64,000 bases of DNA from Macrostomum lignano (Eukaryota). This document shows positions 27,400-39,584 of this stretch, piece after piece (the first letter of the stretch is position 1; each line of letters begins with the position of its first letter). The position numbers and the translations under genes are program-made. The notes under the pieces were generated by a model that did not search any database, was not told the DNA's origin, and saw only the letters and a program-made list of their open reading frames with translations. The stretch spans positions 124,001 through 188,000 of the forward strand of contig NIVC01001102.1 in NCBI GenBank assembly GCA_002269645.1, given 5' to 3'.

Positions 27400-28827
27400 C
27401 TTGTAGGACTGAGTATCTAGGGGTTTAGCACACCTGTAGGACTGAGTATCTAGGGTCTAGCACACCTGTAGGACTGAGTATCTAGGGTTTAGCACGCCTG
27501 TAGGACTGAGTATCTAGGGTTTAGCACACCTGTAGGACTGAGTATCTAGGGTTTAGCACACCTGTAGGACTGAGTATCTAGGGTTTAGCACACCTGTAGG
27601 ACTGATTATCTAGGGTTTAGCACACCTGTAGGACTGATTATCTAGGGTTTAGCACACCTGTAGGACTGATTATCTAGGGTTTAGCACACCTGTAGGACTG
27701 AGTATCTAAGGTTTAGCACACCTGTAGGACTGAGTATCTAAGGTTTAGCACACCTGTAGGACTGAGTATCTAGGGTCTAGCACACCTGTAGGACTGATTA
27801 TCTAGGGTCTAGCACACCTGTAGGACTGAGTATCTAGGGTTTAGCACACCTGTAGGACCGAGTATCTATGGGTTTAGCACACCTGTAGGACTAAGTATCT
27901 AGGGTTTAGCACACCTGTAGGACCGAGTATCTATGGGTTTAGCACACCTGTAGGACTGAGTATCTATGGGTTTAGCACACTTGTAGGACTGAGTATCTAG
28001 GGTTAAGCACACTTGTAGGACCGAGTATCTAGGGTTTAGCACACTTGTAGGACTGAATATCTAGGGTTTAGCACACTTGTAGAACTGAGTATCTAGGGTT
28101 TAGCACACCTGTAGGACTGAGTATCTAGGGTTTAGCACACCTGTAGGACTGAGTATCTAGGGTTTAGCACACCTGTAGGACTGAGTATCTAGGGTTTAGC
28201 ACACCTGTAGGACTGAGTATCTAGGATTTAGCACACCTGTAGGACTGAGTATCTAGGGTTTAGCACACCTGTAGGACCGAGTATCTATGGGTTTAGCACA
28301 CCTGTAGGACTGAGTATCTAGGGTTAAGCACACTTGTAGGACCGAGTATCTAGGGTTTAGCACACTTGTAGAACTGAATATCTGGGTTTAGCACACTTGT
28401 AGAACTGAGTATCTAGGGTTTAGCACACCTGTAGGACTGAGTATCTAGGGTTTAGCACACCTGTAGGACTGAGTATCTAGGGTTTAGCACACCTGTAGGA
28501 CTGAGTATCTAGGGTTTAGCACACCTGTAGGACTGAGTATCTAGGGTTTAGCACGCCTGTAGGACTGAGTATCTAGGGTCTAGCACACCTGTAGGACTGA
28601 TTATCCAGGGTTTAGCACACCTATAGGACTGAGTATCTAAGGTTTAGCACACCTGTAGGACTGAGTATCTAGGGTTTAGCACGCCTGTAGGACTGAGTAT
28701 CTAGGGTCTAGCACACCTGTAGGACTGATTATCCAGGGTTTAGCACACCTATAGGACTGAGTATCTAAGGTTTAGCACACCTGTAGGACTGAGTATCTAG
28801 GGTTTAGCACACCTATAGGACTGAGTA
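27400..28827. repeat. 32-bp minisatellite (ACCTGTAGGACTGAGTATCTAGGGTTTAGCAC), ~44 units
   Basis: Head-to-tail units with no spacers. Confidence 0.97.
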
Positions 28828-28924
28828 CATCGTGTCTATCACTCCTTTCACAGTATCTATAAATCCATCCAAATCCTTAATCCTTCTGCTTGAAATAGAG
28901 CCATCAATTTCTCGCTAAAGCAGA

Positions 28925-30555
28925 ATGCGCCCAAACAGCAAAGCAGCAAGCCGGCACAAGCCTGGCGCTTTTAAAACCGTAAACAAAGCTCATAAATCTG
29001 GCCGACACAAGTCTAATCGAGGCTTAAAACGACTTGTAGCCGGCGGCGGTCGGGTCTCAAAGACGACATCGACTTCAAATTCAAATAATAGCGCCGCTAA
29101 AGCTGCTCGATTGCGAAATTTGCCAAAATCTGAGCAAAGAAACCGGCTAAAATTAATTCGAGAAGCTACGATAGCCAAAGCTGTTGGCAAAACGGTTGAG
29201 CAGTTGCGAGAGTTGAAGAAATCTTCGACAAAAAATTCTACTGCTGGCAAAGCTAGGAAATTGTCTAACGCCGCTCTAGGTGTAGGCTTGGTGCCGCCAA
29301 TCCTAGTGACCTTTGTCTGTGCTGACTCTGGCCTGCCATGCCGTCTGCTGCAAGCCATGGCCCAGCAGGGGGCCTCGGGTCTGCCTGGCGTGCCTGGATT
29401 TCAATTTCGATTCGTTAGACCCACTGGTGAGTGTTTTTGGGACTGAAATTAGAGATAAAATCTCATTTCTATCTCACTCTGAATCTCATTGCTATCTCAC
29501 TCTGAATCTCATCCCTATCTCACCCTGAATTTCATTGCTATCTCACTCTGAATCTCATCCCTATCTCACCAAAAATCTCTGTCCTATCTCACCCCAAATC
29601 TCATTTCTATCTCCCCTAAATATCATTCCTATCTCATCCTGTATCTTATTTCTATCTCACCCTGAATCTCAATCCTATCTCACCCTGAATCTCATTCCTA
29701 TCTCACCTTAAATCTCATTCCTATCTCACCCTAAATCTCAATCCAATCTCACCCTAAATCTCAATCCTATCTCACCCTAAATCTCATCCCTATCTCACCC
29801 TAAATCTCATCCCTATCTCACCCTAAATATCATTCCTATCTCACCCTAAATCTCATCCCTATCTCACCCTAAATCTCATTCCTATCTCACCCTAAATCTC
29901 ATTCCTATCTCACCCTAAATCTTTCTCTTTTTTATTCTCTCTCTTTCAGAATCGCCCGCCTCCCTATTGGAATGCCTGGACCTGGCCAAAGTGTCCGATT
30001 CTCTGGTGCTGACATTTCAAGCCGGTTCAGAATTTACCGAACAATTCCAACGGGTATTGTCCAGCCTGTTTGCCCAGGGTCTGCCTACCCAGCTGTACGC
30101 GGCGGTGCTCACTGCCGCTGACACTCAACGCGATCGCAAGGCCTGGGAGAAGGCGGCCAGAGCCGATTTGGAGCGTCACGGATTCGGTTTGCCTGCCGAC
30201 TGCGGCTTTCTGACTGTTCGAGACAGCCAAGATTTGGGCGCTCTTTTGCGACGCATTTCCAGCCGGAGGTTGGTGACTCATCCGGCTAAAGCTGCCAGCG
30301 CTGCCGCTAATAAAACCGGATGTCCGGCATTTGCGAAAGCCCGCTGCTATGGACTGGCTGAGCAGGTGGGTGTCTGTGCTCATGGACAGGCGGATAGACA
30401 GACACTGAGACATGTGGACATACAGACAGACATACAGATGGACAGATAGGAACTTAAACAGATGGACAGACACTGAGACAAATGAACAGGCAGACACAGA
30501 CAGATGGACAGGCAGAAACTGAGACAGATAAACAGACATACCCAGAGGCATATGA

Positions 30556-30618
<63 letters not shown>

Positions 30619-30843
30619 CAGACACTGAGACTGATGGACAGACAGACAGACAGACACTGAGACAGATGAACAGACAGACAGACAAACACTAAGGCGGATG
30701 GACAGACAGACAGACAGACAGACAAACACTAAGGCGGATGGACAGACAGACAGACAAACACTAAGACAGATGAACAGACAGACACAGACAGATGGACAGG
30801 CAGAAACTGAGACAGATAAACAGACATACCCAGAGGCATATGA

Positions 30844-30890
<47 letters not shown>

Positions 30891-33725
30891 CAGACACTGA
30901 GACTGATGGACAGACAGACAGACAGACACTGAGACAGATGAACAGACAGACAGACAAACACTAAGGCGGATGGACAGACAGACAGACAGACAGACAAACA
31001 CTAAGGCGGATGGACAGACAGACAGACAAACACTAAGACAGATGAACAGACAGACAGACAAACACTAAGACGGATGGACAGACAGAAACTGAGACAGATA
31101 AACAGACATACCCAGAGACATATGAACGGACAGACACTGGGGCGGGGCTTAAGGCAGGCCTGCATGAAAGTACATAACAGTTGCAGAAAGCTGGCCTAAC
31201 TATATTTTCAGGTCACTCAGCTGCCGCAGCAGCAGCAGCTCCGCATGGTCACTCACATCCGAGGCCCTGGGCCAGTCGGCCTAAGCACTGGCGACTTGTT
31301 GCACCTGGTTGGCTGGGGCGATTATCGACTGACTGGTTGGACAGAGCTGGCTAATGAAGATAACAAGGTAAATATTAAAAGTACAATTTACTAGCTCATA
31401 TTGAAACTTGATGTCGTGATAATTGTATGATACCCTTAAAAATCCTTTCTAATCTTTCAAAATTGCTCCAAACTCTTAGAATCGCTCTCAGAATCGCACC
31501 AGACTCTCAGAATCGCCCCAGACTCTCAGAATCGCCCCAGACTCTCAGAATCGCCCACCGGCTCAGAATCCTTCTCAGACTCACAGAATCGCCCTCAGAC
31601 TCTCAGAATCGCCCCCATACTCAGAATCGCCCAGACTCTCAGAATCGCCAACAGATTCTCAGAATCGCTCTCAGACTCTCATAATCGCCCTCAGACTCTC
31701 AGAATCGCCCTCAGACTCTCAGAATCGCCCTCAGACTCTCAGAATCGCCTCCAGACTCTCAGAATCGCCCTCAGACTCTCAGAATCGCTCTCAGACTCTC
31801 AGAATCGCTCTCAAACTCTTAGAATGGCTCTCAGACTCTCAGAATCGCTCTCAGACTCTCAGAATCGCTCTCAAACTCTCAGAATCGCTCTCAGACTCTC
31901 AGAATCGCCCTCAAACTCTCTCAGAATCGCCTCCAGACTCTCAGAATCGCCTCCAGACTCTCAGAATCGCCCTCAGACTCTCAGAATCGCCCTCAAACTC
32001 TCAGAATCGCCTCCAGACTCTCAGAATCGCCCTCAGACTCTCAGAATCGCATTCTAAGCTCTCTCTGCTTTTTTATTTTAGGACGTGGACATGATGGAGG
32101 CATCCGAAGACCCCGTTGAGCTGCCTGTTACTCAAGAAGTCACCATGGAAGATGCCGCCATCTTTGACAGCGCAACCGAGTCTTCTGCTTCCAATCCTAA
32201 AAAGCAGGTGAAATTCGACCAGACCCAGTCAGGCAATGAACAAGAAGAAGCGGCTGTCCTGCCTTCGCAATTAGAATTCCCAGACGAAGTGGACACCCCC
32301 AAGGATGTCCCAGTTCGCGAGAGATTCTCAAAATATCGCCTGTTGAACGAGTCGGCCAGCTGGGATCCGTGGACAGATTTGCCAGACGCCTACGCTAATC
32401 TGGTTCGATTTTCTAATTTCGTTCACGCCAGAAATCGGATGGTTAAACAGACGAAGGCGACTGCTTCTGAGCTGACGGTTGGTAGGAGAGCAGATTTGCA
32501 GCTTGAGCCTGTGACTGCTGAGGTGAGTTATACGCATTTCTAATGTTGTATAGGTCCCATGCCATAAGTTTTAATCAGTTTCTGTACAGTGACTGTACAC
32601 TCCCTAGTTTGTTCCTGTACAGTGTCTGTACACTCTTAGTTTATTCCTGTACAGTGTCTGTACACTCTTAGTTTATTCCTGTACAGTGTCTGTACACTAC
32701 TAGTTTATTCCTGTACAGTGTCTGTACACTCTTAGTTTATTCCTATACAGTGTTTGTACACTCCTAGTTAATTCCTGTACAGTGTCTGTACACTCCTAGT
32801 TAATTCCTGTACAGTGTCTGTACACTCCTAGTTAATTCCTGTACAGTTACTGTATACTCCTCGTTTTTTCCTATGCAGTGACTGTACACTCCCTAGTTTA
32901 TTCCTGTACAAAGACTGCACTCTCCCAAAGTCTAAAGTTCAGATGAATCTGGTTGCTTGTCTACGAGTATTTACACAAAGACTTTAATTGTGTTTATTAC
33001 CCCATTCCTCCGCCATCCCGCAGTCCCCTCAGAGCATGCCCAGCTCAGCCGCTCCAGCCCTAGTCTGGTACCGCATGCTTGAGCACGAGAACCGGCTGAG
33101 CCTGCTCAACTGCTCAGTCCGTTTAAATCCGTCGCGTGAACAGCCGCTGGCTGCGGATCGCAACCGGCCGCTGCTGTGGCAGGTTGGCTGGCGTCGGTTC
33201 TATTCTGGTCCGGTGTTGAGCGAGTCTGACAACAACAGCAACAGCAGTATTGTTGGAGCTGGTAAAGCATCCTCGGTGAAGCTTTGCCTGAGACACCTGC
33301 TACCTGGAGAGCACGCCACTGCTTCGTTCTATGCTCCATTAACATTCACGCCAGCTCCTGTCATAGCGATGTCGCCTGATTGTCAGCAACAGGATCGGCT
33401 GCTGTTTAGCGGCAGTCTGGAGTCCTGCGACCCGGCTAGGGTGGTATTGAAACGCGTCATTTTGTCCGGTCAGCCGTTCAAAATTCACAAACGCTCAGCT
33501 GTGATTCGGTATCTATTCTTTAATCCTGAGGATGCGTTGTACTATCGAGATGCGGCTAATCTGAGGACAAAGCATGGTAGGCGCGGTAAGATTCAGGAAC
33601 CGGTGGGTACTCACGGTCTGTGCAAGTGTCGCTTCGATGGCCCGGTGACCAATATGGATACGGTTCTGGTGGATTTGTATAAGCGACAGTTTCCTAAGCT
33701 GAACTATCGACCGGCTACTTGTTGA
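28925..33725 (+). CDS. TSR1: Pre-rRNA-processing protein TSR1 homolog (5 exons, ~738 aa)
   Basis: Exons 28925-29426, 29950-30365, 31212-31367, 32082-32522 and 33024-33725 are phase-consistent. Motifs: HKPGAFKTVNKAHKSGRH, LDLAKVSD, FPDEVDTP, LKRVILSGQPFKIHKRSAVIRYLFFNPED and GKIQEPVGTHG...FDG...DTV...LYKRQFPK. Confidence 0.95.
29450..29920. repeat. 23-bp minisatellite (ATCTCACCCTAAATCTCATTCCT) in TSR1 intron 1
   Basis: A period of 23 is visible. Confidence 0.92.
30370..31130. repeat. GACA-based complex repeat in TSR1 intron 2
   Basis: (GACA)n runs with larger duplicated blocks. Confidence 0.92.
31460..32050. repeat. 20-bp minisatellite (CTCAGAATCGCCCTCAGACT) in TSR1 intron 3
   Basis: About 29 units; a related array lies on the opposite strand at 37600-37860. 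Confidence 0.93.
32575..32920. repeat. ~32-bp minisatellite (CCTGTACAGTGTCTGTACACTCCTAGTTAATT) in TSR1 intron 4
   Basis: About 10 units. Confidence 0.9.
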
Positions 33726-33910
33726 AGCGAAGGAAATTACTTTCATATTTAGATTGACTTTGACCTTTTAATAGGCTTTGAAATGCGAGTTATTGTTTAG
33801 GCAAACTGCTTGTTTAAACTGCACTAGCAGTGAAATATATTTTGTGAATCGCTTTTTTGGAATTCTATCTGTTTGGATGTTATTTTTTTGTTTTGTAGTA
33901 ATCAAATTTA

Positions 33911-34597
33911 CACTTCCGGTGCTTTAATCACTGCAATAGCTGTTTTCGTTGAGTCATCACTTCCGGTGCTTGAATCAGTGCTATAGTGTCTTCGATAAGA
34001 GTCACTTCCGGGGTGTGTCAATCAGTGCTATAGTCTCTTCAATAAGAGTCACTTCCGGTGTGTCAATCAGTGCTATAGTCTCTTCAATAAGAGTCACTTC
34101 CGGTGTGTCAATCAGTGCTATAGTGTCTTCGATAAGAGTCACTTCCGGTGTGTCAATCAGTGCTATAGTCTCTTCAATAAGAGTCACTTCCGGGGTGTGT
34201 CAATCAGTGCTATAGTCTCTTCAATAAGAGTCACTTCCGGTGTGTCAATCAGTGCTATAGTCTCTTCAATAAGAGTCACTTCCGGTGTGTCAATCAGTGC
34301 TATAGTCTCTTCAATAAGAGTCACTTCCGGGGTGTGTCAATCAGTGCTATAGTCTCTTCAATAAGAGTCACTTCCGGTGTGTCAATCAGTGCTATAGTCT
34401 CTTCAATAAGAGTCACTTCCGGTGTGTCAATCAGTGCTATAGTTTCTTCGATAAGAGTCACTTCCGGTGTGTCAATCAGTGCTATAGTCTCTTCGATAAG
34501 AGTCACTTCCGGTGTGTCAATCAGTGCTATAGTCTATTCGATAAGAGTCACTTCCTGTATGTCAATCGACCTCTTCAATAATAAGAGCCACTTCCGG
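33911..34597. repeat. 45-bp tandem array carrying ETS-like (CACTTCCGG) and TGATTGACA motifs, just upstream of the PTB-adaptor gene
   Basis: 16 copies of CACTTCC(G/T)G counted between 33911 and 34597. The unit is GTCACTTCCGGTGTGTCAATCAGTGCTATAGTCTCTTCAATAAGA. Confidence 0.93.
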
Positions 34598-34689
34598 TTT
34601 TTTAGTAAGTGTTCAGTAGGGTTTTTGAACAAATCAGCTTTGCTAATTGCCTTTCATGACACCCGCAGCCCCGAGGCAAAGCAATTAGC

Positions 34690-36468
34690 ATGGGCCAGAA
34701 AAGCTCTCACCTGAGTATGCTTCACCCGTCCATAATGGACATGCGCGGCTACAAAGTAAAAGTGTTGGAGCTGCCTCCCAGTCCGCTAACTACTGCCTTA
34801 CTACGCCGAACTAACAAATACTTATTGCGCTTACATCCAGAGAAAATGGACTTAGTTGGCCGTCACGATAGCATTCGAGTGTGCGAGATCAGTTACTTTC
34901 ATATTCGAGCACTCAACCAGCTGGGTAGAGTTATTATTATTAGTCTGGGCCGGTCCAGCTGCTTTGGTGAAGGTAAAATGACTTTACGCTGCAGTAAAAC
35001 TCTATCCAGCAGCCTCATCTCGTCCAGCTTCATTGGTAGAGCTCATCGACTGTCCACCGAGGTGTCCTTTCCGTCGTCTTCTAACTCGCAGTCGTCGTCT
35101 TATCGACCACAGAGACTGTCGGCGCCGATTATGACACAACGACAGCAGGCCTCGCCGATGCCGGCTCCGACATCGTCGGTTGCGCAAGATCGACTGAACA
35201 GCATCTCTGCTTCGAGTTTTGAGACTCTGACGACAACTCTTGCATCAGCTAGTCTGGCCGATGTCGGTAATTCGACAACGCGTCGACGGCGGAGCAGCAG
35301 CAACAGGCAAAATGGCAATGATGAGACTGCAGAGGATTTGGACGGCTATTTACTGATGATGCCTAGTTAGTTTTTTATCTGTTATTGTTTGCCTGTTGAA
35401 CTAATAATGATAATAATTGATTACACCTGCCCCAATCGGGCCAGATGTGCAACCGACAGGCTGCGTACGGCTGTTCTGTCCAGAGACTGGGGGGAGGTCG
35501 CCACACACCCTCATTACCTCAGCCAATGCTGGCACCCATTTTACAGCCGAGTGAACTGAAGCAATGCAGAGTTTGCTTGAGTCTTGCTCAAGGACAAGGA
35601 CACAAATTGTTCCAATAGGATCGGGAATCGAACCCCCGACCTTCAAGTCGTGAATCCGGCGCTCTGACCACTAGGCTGCAACCCCCTCTCTAAGGCTTTT
35701 AAGTTGCACATTTTCTATAATTCGTAAATCTTAGGATTTTTAAAAAAAGACGTGTTGCCATTGTCACATTTTGAGTAACCTGTAAACATTGAGTCTGTAG
35801 ACTGTCGCAACATCTGTGCATCAAAGAGGTTCAGTATAGTGTGTAAAGAGTATTGTAGAGACTAAATGGCAGTGTCATTCCAGCGCTTAAAAACGGTCTC
35901 AAAAAATGACTCAAAAATTTTCGCAGGCAGCAGACGTGCTTCTACATCTGGCACATCAGCCGGCAGTTCAGCGACTCCGTCAGGCCGTCACAGTGCAGCA
36001 GCAGCAGCAGTCGGCCTTCCCGCTGTCATCGCAGACGAATACGTTCTGCCAGTGTCCGCACCGGACCTGCAGCGTCAGAGTACATTCGACTTGTACGTCG
36101 GTTACTCTGACGGCGTTAGCGACACGGCTGAAACGCTGACAAATGCTACTAGCCTAGCACTTTATCAGAATCTGCCATCTCCAACTAACCATGTTAGTTC
36201 GGGTAGGTATGCGCAGATTGACTGGTCTCAGGTGATGCAGGACTCGCTTCAGTATCTAGATAGCAGCAGCTCTAGGGCCGCTGTTGGCGCCACCTCAGCT
36301 GCAGCAGCTGGCGCCAGCGCAGCCGCTGTCAGAGACGAACCGCTAGCCGAAGATTCATCGGACGTTTTAAAATACGTATCGATTGATTCAGCCAGGACTC
36401 AAGCGATTCGCGATTTAATTGTTGACAAAATGGACAGTAGCCGGTCTAGATTGATGACCGATATCTAA
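34690..36468 (+). CDS. IRS-type PTB-domain docking protein (IRS/DOK/FRS2 family), 2 exons, ~405 aa
   Basis: Exons 34690-35365 (GTTAGT donor) and 35927-36468 join in phase 1. PTB-like YLLRLHPEK...IRALNQLGRVIIISLGRSSCFGEGKMTL. The N-terminus is MGQKSS. The tail has Tyr motifs YLLM, YQNL, YAQID and YVSIDSARTQAI. Confidence 0.8.
35401..35690 (-). mobile_element. tRNA-derived SINE family A, full-length, in the adaptor-gene intron
   Basis: A-box TAGTGG, B-box GGTTCGATTCC, a CORE-like block GCTTCAGTTCACTCGGCTGTAAAATGGG and an (ATT)n-like tail. Confidence 0.82.
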
Positions 36469-36539
36469 ACTCAATGACTGGACTGTTTTTCTACTACTAT
36501 TAGTAAGCCGTTGTTTATAGCGGAAGGCATGCCATAAAT

Positions 36540-36967
36540 CAGGGGTCAGCAAACTCTGGCCCGCAAAGCTTCTTTATCTGGCCCTCGGGTCCTTTAAAAC
36601 TTCACATTGGAAATCTGGCCTGCTCAAGGTTTGGGTCTCTTCTCAGTTCTCTTCTGTCACCTCTCTTCTTTCCTCTCCTGTCATCTCCTCTCATCTCCCT
36701 TTTCCTCTCCTCTCCTTTCCTCTCTCTCCTCTCATCTCCCTTTTCCTCTCCCTTCTCTCCCTTCCCTCCTCTCATCTCCTCTCACCTCTTCTCTCGTCTG
36801 CTCTCCTCTCTCTTCTTTTTAAATCTCTTCTCTCCTCATTCATTCATTCATTCATTCTTTAACATCTTTCTCCTCTCTATTCCCTTTACTCTCTCCTTTC
36901 CTCTGGCCCGAAGCCATGCGCTAGTTTTCCTATCTGGTCGTTGAGGTGAAAAGTTTGCCGAACCCTG
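36540..36967. mobile_element. hAT/Charlie-like MITE with a CT-rich interior
   Basis: Ends CAGGGGTCAGCAAACT / AGTTTGCCGAACCCTG. Related copies lie at ~40508-40670 and 55806-56090. The TSD is not conserved. Confidence 0.72.
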
Positions 36968-37599
36968 CTGAAATATAGTTCGTAAATAAAATTTGCAAAA
37001 TTATAAACTTCAATAAGAAATTTAAGAAGTATTGAGTTGATTAACTCTGCCTAAATACTGGTGCTTCAATTTTGTTCGAGTATCTTGAACACCTGCTCCA
37101 CTATATTTATCTTTCTCATCTAATTCAATGCAATATAACAATTGTTTTCCTTTTTGACTAACTATTTTTTTCGTTTTTTTTGGTCTCAACAATTTCAAAA
37201 TTTTATACAGCTATCAGTTGGTGCGCTTCCGTGAACTTTATTCGTTTTTTTTATTGTAGAATTTCAATTTGTTGTCTGTTAAAATCCATTTATTACTACT
37301 AATTTGCCAAAATACAAGTAGTATTAATGATTAGCCTACTAATATTAATTATATTTCAATAGTTTGAATCTTTTGTTAAAATTGTTGTTTTGTGTACAGT
37401 TGACATCATATATACGCGAGTTTTTACGCTCGCTCTTTATTTAAACAAATATTTTGTGCAATTTTGCGCACCTGGAATTGCCTACAATATACCCCCATAC
37501 TCTTGACCTACTATTTGTATCAATCCCGAAAATTGCGCCTATCTACTTGTTTCTCTCAGTAGCCAAATTTGCGTTTTTTGTCGTTTGTTTGTCGAGGGC

Positions 37600-37860
37600 G
37601 ATTTTCAAAGTTTGAGAGCGATTTTGAGAGTCTGAGGCGATTTTATAAAGTGTGAGAGCGATTTTGAGCATCTGAGAACGATTTTAAGAGTCTGAGGGAA
37701 ATTTTGAGAGTCTGAGGCGATTTTCAAAGTCTGATGGCGATTTTGAGAGTCTGATGCGATTTTGAGTCTGAGGCGGTTTTGAGTCTGAGGCTATTTTCAA
37801 AGTGTGAGAGTGATTTTGAGCATCTGAGAACGATTTTGAGTCTAAGGGCGAATTAAAGAG
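37600..37860. repeat. Degenerate array of the 20-bp GCGATTTTGAGAGTCTGAG family
   Basis: Reverse complement of the TSR1 intron-3 unit. Confidence 0.8.
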
Positions 37861-38372
37861 TTTTAGGGGGAAGAATTGATCAATTTTTTGTGAAGGAAAA
37901 ACAGCAGAAGCAACGTTTAAGTCACGCAAGCAAACTAACCACACGCATCCCTCTCCACCATTGTGCAATATTTCTTCAACGATTTCTTATTTTGTGCTCA
38001 GCGTTTACTCTTCGAAAAATATCCACAGTTTAAAATTTCCGTATTACAAACAATTTCTCGTGCTACTGCTGTTTATATGTCTTTTTTTCTCGGCAATATA
38101 TAATTTGCTTGCTGCCAAAATATTATTACATGAATATGTTGTTGTCTGTGTGTGGCTTTTTTGTTTAATAAGCATGGCTTGTATTTGAAAATTTATATCA
38201 ACATTTAGTACCGCTTGTCATTCTTTATTAATGATTCCTTTTCTTTAAATATTATTATTCAAAAACTGCGTGTCATTCAGGCTTTAACGGCGAATGTAAA
38301 AGTAGCAGTTCATTAAGGTCACAGGTGCTCGGTGCGTCTGCCTTTCATAAAGACACAGGTGCAGTTCATTAA

Positions 38373-39584
38373 CAGTAGAAAGACCACGCTATTTTTCCCC
38401 GTGGGGAAAGACCACGGGACCCATTTCACGATAGCTCGCAAACCGAATTACCGATTTTCGTAAAAGTCCACCAAATGGATCAAACTTTTCCGCCCTTTCC
38501 GACGAAGTAACTTTCAAAGTCATCCGACATCAGGGTCCCCTTCATCACCGTCTGGAGCATCGGCGGCGACCGTCGGGACCTTCAACAAAAGCACCCGATC
38601 GGCATCGCAGAGACGGCTGCGTTCCCAAAACTCAAATGGAAGAATCCTCTGCATGCAGCATTCAGTCAGTAGACATAATCGGTGAATGGAATAGACGATG
38701 GCGACTCTCTAGACTGACCTGTAGACATACAGGCGAACTTCGGGACCTTCAACGGAGTGCCACCACGCGGCCCCGACTAGCTGGCACCACCAACATCGTG
38801 ATTTTTCTGTCAAGGCACCAAACCAGGCATGTCTGCATATTATGCAATGCTTTTGCACTTTAAATTGGAGGGTTACAGATTTAATTGGCGACTGAAAAAT
38901 ATAAAATATTAATTTGTCAAAAATGACTACAGCATGTCAAAAATGATATTACAGCGCTATTTTTGACATGCTTTTTTGATTTTTCATTTTGATAGAAAAA
39001 TCACGATGTTGGGGGTGCCAGCTAGTCGGGGCCGCGTGGTGGCACTCCGTTGAAGGTCCCGAAGTTCGCCTGTATGTCTACAGGTCAGTCTAGAGAGTCG
39101 CCATCGTCCATTTCATTCACCGATTATGTCTACTGACTGAATGCTGCATGCAGAGGATTCTTTCATTTGAGTTTTGGGAACGCAGCCGTCTCTGCGATGC
39201 CGATCGGGTGCTTTTGTTGAAGGTCCCGACGGTCGCCGCCGATGCTACAGACGGTGATGAAGGGTACCCTGGTGCCTGGGATGCTGAGAGCAAAAGTCCC
39301 TGCGACTGATATGCATAGTTTGTTGAGCCGACGTTGTTTCATGATGATTTTAAGCAGAAAAATTTTGCTCATGTTGGTGGTTTTTGCCACCAGGCACCCC
39401 GAGGAGAATCGTTGAATATCTCGACGATGCCGATTTTTCGTGATTCTCAAAGTTGCTTCATCGAATAGAGCGGAAAATTTTAGCCGGTGTTCTGGATTTT
39501 CATGGCAATTGGTTGAATATTATTGGAGATATCCAGACAAGAAAAATGTGTGTATTTCAAATACACCCCATGGTCTTTCTACTG
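38373..39584. mobile_element. Non-autonomous foldback DNA transposon (~1.2 kb) with a near-perfect ~280-bp internal inverted repeat
   Basis: 14-bp TIR CAGTAGAAAGACCA/TGGTCTTTCTACTG flanked by TAA on both sides. Segment ~38535-38815 is the reverse complement of ~38992-39270. Confidence 0.85.

Noticed and set aside
27400-28827. 32-bp repeats of CRISPR-like length
   Set aside because: The units are head-to-tail with no unique spacers, there are no cas genes, and the context is eukaryotic.
35600-35690. tRNA gene (also 26200-26300 and 9290-9360)
   Set aside because: A- and B-boxes are present, but there is no complete cloverleaf and the sequence continues into a SINE body.
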